Assembly: GCA_051942245.1 (NCBI GenBank)
Contig: JAVECL010000101.1
Coordinates: 1 to 53,525, forward strand
Reading direction: 5' to 3'
From: Trypethelium eluteriae
Taxonomy: Eukaryota
DNA length: 53,525 bases
The notes beneath the pieces are model-generated. The model did no database searches. It had not been told where the DNA came from and saw only the letters and a list, made by a program, of their open reading frames with translations. Positions 48,530 to 53,525 of the stretch are shown here, piece after piece. Every line of letters starts with the position of its first letter. Positions within the stretch are counted from its first letter, which is position 1. A program made the translations under genes and the position numbers.

Positions 48530-50186
48530 AGGGATATCGCCAATGCCAAGATTTTCAACCTTTCCCAGGCCCTGCATCTGCGAAATACTGAGTACAATAA
48601 TTGCCTAAACATCTATTTCTTTGCATATATTGTTTATGATCTTCCATTTATATTGGTTATGCGCACGTTATCGCCACATCTATGGCGTATGCATTCCACT
48701 CCCTGATATTGACTAACCATACTGTTCGACTAGTCGAACTGATTTTATCCATAGTCTCCATCTGCACGTTCTCTTTTGACGTCATCACAATGTGCCAGGG
48801 CTTTGTCACGTCTTATGTTAGACTACTGGCTGCCCGATTCTTCATCGGCATTGCAGAAGCCGGAAGCTTTTCCTATCACTTCTATGATAGGCATGCGGTG
48901 CAAATGTGCGAAAGCACTGAAGCGGTGTACGTTCATCTACAGCAGCACTCAGCTCGTAGGCGCATTCCCTGGCCATTTGGAGTCTGCAGTTGGACTAATG
49001 GACGGAGCAAGAGGATATTCTGACCGGAGGTGGATCTCCATCATTGGAGGCACCTTATAGATATCAGAACTTCGCGTGCAGTCTTTTGGCAGATTTGACT
49101 CTTGTGATTGCGATCGGGGTTTCCAAGATGTTATCTGCAAGGCAATTAGTCTGGCACTCGTAGTCAAGATCGCCGGTCCTTGACTACTTCATAGACTTTA
49201 TAAAAGTCAATTCAAATTGTCTGTCATGCTCGAAAGTTTATTTTGCGTCACGTCAAACTAGCTAGCGGCATCTTACTGACCGGAACTGTGATAGCACTGC
49301 TGGCATCGACCTTCCATTCTTCCTCCTCCCGCCAGATTTTCCGGCGCAAAAGAAATGACTTACCGCAGTTGAGAAGGGATTCATCCTCGGACGCCTCAGT
49401 AACGATCATGATGACGAGAGAATTTGATCAAAGAGAAATTAACCAATGACCTCACGACTGGAGTCGTGTTACACACCTCTTACGAGAACTGAAGATCGTG
49501 ATCGCTGGCGTGAGGTACTTCGCGACTTTTGTCCCGGCCTACAGCTACCCACATTTCGTCCCAAGCATCATCCACGAGTACACGAAACTAGCCATGCGTA
49601 CGCAGTTGCTGTCTGTGCCATCCTGGGTCTGTGTTTCTTTGCTTCAATAACAGTGGCATGGGTCAGTGACCGCTCGAGGCACCGTTTCCTCTTCATAGCA
49701 GGTCCGCCTTGCTTGGCAGTTACAGGGCACGCAATGCTTCTACAAATCCACAGGCACCGGCGCACCCAATACTCGGCGCTGTGCCTGATGGCGATAGAAA
49801 CATTGGTAGCGCTGAGAATAGCGATTTGTTAGTTTAGCATGAACTCTTTAGACCACACTCCGCGCAGTGTGGCATTGGATTGCCAGATCGGATCCGGAAA
49901 TAGTGCTGAAATCGTATCTGTTCATCTTCTTCTCCTTCTTCAAATTGAGGTATCCTTCTACGTCCAAGGTTATGGTATTAGCTTGACGTTCGTATCGCTA
50001 ACAACGTTCTTGAGTACAGCGTATTTCGTGTTGTGCGGGAGGGAAAACAAAGCCAAGGACCGCATCTTCGGTCAGGTGGAGCCGGGCAGAAATGGCGCTG
50101 AGCTTTTAGTCATAGACAACATAAGCGCGGCTTTCGAAAACGTGCTGCAGCATACAACGCGATCAGGGAGAATGAAACTTGGATAG
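48530..50186 (+). pseudogene. Heavily degraded MFS transporter (allantoate/nicotinate permease, ACS family)
   Basis: Collinear fragments in shifting frames with stops: IANAKI, YNNCLNIYFFAYI, RFFIGIAEAG, MDGARGYSDRRWISIIGG, WVSDRSRHR, QIGSGN. Confidence 0.82.
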
Positions 50187-50832
50187 GAAGGCGTTTTCCT
50201 TGAAGAGAGCGGTCAGGAGCGAAGATGTTCGACAGCAGCTTGAAGAAGTTAAATGATATAGAGATATCTCCGGAGAATGAGTCAAACTAGCAACCGTTCC
50301 TTAAATTCTTCTCCAACTCGAAGCTATGGCGCCAACGGCTGATTCAAATTTGCGCAAGCTTTTTGTTCTTCAACTCAGGGTGTGTTGACGTATATTGCCT
50401 TGACTAACTCTCTCATTTACGCTGGGTAATTTGTCTCTATCATCAGCATTAGGAAGAATGGGACTCATTCGAGCGAACGGTTCAGCACGAAGGGCTGGGG
50501 GCTTGCTATGGCCTTTCTGATCGGAAGAAGCTTAATTGGCTCCGGTCTGGAACCATTCGAGGTACCTAACATAAAACTTATGAGATAGGATTGATGAGCT
50601 GAAAGGATTATTCGGGTCGTTGCTCTGTCGCTTGCTTGGGTGGTTGGAGTATTGAAGGGTTTGGGGGTGAGGCGGAGACGGAGGAGAGGCTGGCCGATAT
50701 TTCGCCGCATTTGAGTTGGATCCGTCCGTTTCAACCTTGGAGCGCCCTTCCAACCCACCAAACCTCGAAATGCGACAGCTTCACCCATACAGAGAGCGTT
50801 CAAGGTAGCATCAATGTATATGTCCTCCACTG

Positions 50833-53525
50833 ATGGCCATGGACTCTCGGAACCAGAGCAATACTCCAGCCTCCGACGACGATGCGCCCGCTTCTAATAA
50901 TAGCAGTCCAGAACAGCAGGATTTCGCCAAAATCGCCGAAACCACCGAAACTTTAGCCTTTCAAGCCCAGACTTTGACCTCCAAAGCGCTCCAATTCCTC
51001 TCCGAAGCAAGCAATGAGACATTGGGAGCATGTCTTGTCGGACTTGGCGCCACGACGTACCTTGTTCTGGGAAGAGTTGGGCTGGTCCTAATGGGAGTTG
51101 TTGGAGGTGTTGCTCTACATGCGCACTGGGAGAGCAAGACAGATGATGGAGGAGACACAGAGTCCCGCGTCAGAGAGGCGAAGAGACGGAAAGAAGTTGG
51201 GCTGGACGTTGCACAGAGAGTATTGGACTGGCAGCGACGGAGCATGCCGCTTGGATCTGATGATGGAACAGAATCTACTGCAACATTGGGGCTCAAATTA
51301 CATACAGCCAGGGCTTTAGATTACTCAGGATTCAAGCCAGATACGGCCGCTGCGTTGAGCGAACTCACAGACGCTATTGTCCAAGACTACGTCAAGTAAG
51401 GTGAACTCGATCTGGGAAAGATACACTTCTAATTCCACCTGCAGGTACTGGTATCATCCAGTCGTTCCAGAAGAAGAGACATTTCCCAATTCCTGCCGCC
51501 GAACGCTTACCGCTTTTATCCTCTCCATTTCCACAAATCTCTCTCGGAAACGACCCGCCGATACTTTTCTTGAATTCCTCACTAACTCCTCGTCAGTCGT
51601 CATTGTGTTTCTCAGCGAGATATCCACTGCTCTTGCCGCTTCTCCGTCATCGACGGCTTCTGACTCTCTTCAAACCTATCTCCAATCTAAACCCGAAAGT
51701 AATCTTGCGAATATCTTACATCGTCAAAGCCAGATACGCAAACTTGACTTAGTCGCTGAGGACATCATACACACCTATCTCGACAACAAAACATACAATT
51801 GCGACGCAGCCCATGTTTTCTTGAGAGAAATACTTGCAAAGGTTGTCCTAGAAATGACGATCCAGAGCTGCTCCACTCCAGAGTTTATCAACACCTGGAT
51901 CGTGTACTTGCTGGAGGAAGGGGAGCCGGAGTTGATGAACGCAATTGATGCGGGAATGGAAGGCACAACAGGAGAAAATCTGCAAAAACTCAAGGAGGAG
52001 GTCGTTAAACCTACCGAGCAGGAATTGGAAACAGAACAACTCTCCGAAAAGAACACTGCAGCTAAGGGAAGCAAGCATAATAGCGAACACAAGAGGCGCG
52101 TTAGCAGAGCAGAGCAGGCCATGGAAGATGCTATGCAAGAGGCCAAGCGTCTAACCCAGCTCATGGCGGAAGAGGACGCTCGGAGAATGAAGGATCAACA
52201 GCAAGCTATCATAAGCGCAAGTGCAACTTCAACAATGAGCGACGATACGTCTGAGAATGCTACGCAAGGGATTCGAACGCCAACGTCTTCGCAAAGTGAT
52301 CAGAACGGTGGAAGCTACCAAAATTGTGGTAGCGATTTGGATCTTTCCCGACATAGGTCACCTGAACAATCGGAGATTGGAGACCCTGAGCCAACGACTG
52401 TAAAGCCAGAGGAGCCTCCAAAAGCCTTTACCAGCTTCGATCAGATTCTCCCTCCTCAGCAACTGACCGCACTCCAGGATGACTCGGATGAAAGTACCAG
52501 AGACACGCCTACGAAGGAAATTCCGCAATTGACCCTTACCAATGCACGCATCTCAATTTTTGACGACTCCATTCCCGGCGCAAAACAGCAGACTCTCAAA
52601 TCGAAACCACAAGGAGATTACCTGATTCAGATTGAACCGGCTAACAGCGCCTTTCCCGGCTGGATGATAGCCCGCAAATATGCTGACTTTGAAACTTTGC
52701 ATGAGGTCTTGCGCCGAATATCCGTTATTGCGGGTGTTGGCTTCACGGAAGCCCATGAACAATTGCCTCTCTGGAAGATACATCATAAAGCGTCGTTACG
52801 AGGGGAGCTCGAACGGTATCTGAATGATGCCACAAAATGGCGACCTCTTGCAGAAAGTGAAGGAATGAAAAGATTCCTCGAAAAGGATCAAGGATTAAAT
52901 CGCTCACCAAGCTCCAGCAAAAATGGCTTTGGCTGGCCAGCGCCAGCTGCAGTTGGAAAAGGGGTAATAAATGCGCTTGCACAAGCTCCAAAGGAGGTTG
53001 CTGGGGGTGGTAAAGCCTTCATTGGTGGTGTAGCAGGTGTGTTCGGTGCAGGACAAACGGGTCAGAAACGGATGAGCACCCATCAAGCCAATCTCAGCCG
53101 ATCCAATACTTCCTTGTCAAAGGTAGAGACCAGTTCATTAGCTCCAGCGCCAACTGCAACGCCGCGACTTAGTCAGGATAGCGTCCGCAATGGAGGGTCG
53201 CCAATCGTGGATAAGCAACCTACCCCCGAGCCGCAGATGGAGCGCCGACCGAGTGCTCAACCAGAGGACGAACCTGAAAAGAAGAAGTCTAGCAGACCTG
53301 GATCCTCATCAGTGTCTCCTGCACGCATTGATTTGAGTCGAGAACCGATCGATCTCGGAATCAACATCTCAAGCAATGATCCAACCCCAAAACAACCCCC
53401 AATCCATCTCCCCCCACCTCCATCAGAGATCCCTGACGACTACGACTCACAGCCTCCGTCTCCCACCAGAACCAGCATCAGCCTCGGAGCCCCCCCCAAA
53501 AAAGAACCCCCTCACAGCGCAACCC
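50833..53525 (+). CDS. PXA and PX domain sorting-nexin-like membrane protein, 3'-partial; intron 51396-51444
   Basis: N-terminal TM hairpin LGACLVGLGATTYLVLGRVGLVLMGVVGGV and PXA start LTDAIVQDYVK|YWY. PX domain YLIQIEP...GWMIARKYADFETLHEVL. The frame appears open to the window end. Confidence 0.88.

Overview
Filamentous ascomycete (Pezizomycotina-type) genomic DNA with short GT-AG introns and RCTRAY branch points. Housekeeping genes sit at both ends: TRM6/GCD10 and a MINDY-family deubiquitinase on the left, and a PXA-PX sorting-nexin-like gene running off the right end. Between them lie about 45 kb of accessory-type genes: an amidohydrolase-family decarboxylase, a metallophosphoesterase, an SDR, an intact NACHT-ankyrin NLR with an extra C-terminal domain, a divergent MFS/FAD-monooxygenase pair, a GH18 chitinase, a CE5 acetylxylan esterase with CBM1, a secreted ferritin-like (Rds1-type) protein and an uncharacterised secreted protein. 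Four genes are decaying: a Zn2Cys6 transcription factor, a rhodopsin-domain membrane protein, a second NACHT NLR and an ACS-type MFS. The standout is a tRNA-Ser(GCU) gene at 28360-28511. Besides a normal 20-nt anticodon-loop intron, it has a 51-nt insert in the D-loop with all the marks of a U2 spliceosomal intron (GTACGG donor, GCTGAC/ACTAAT branch point, TAG acceptor). Precise removal of this insert rebuilds a perfect cloverleaf, and the Pol III A-box stays intact in the DNA. All calls come from reading the sequence by eye; no searches were run.
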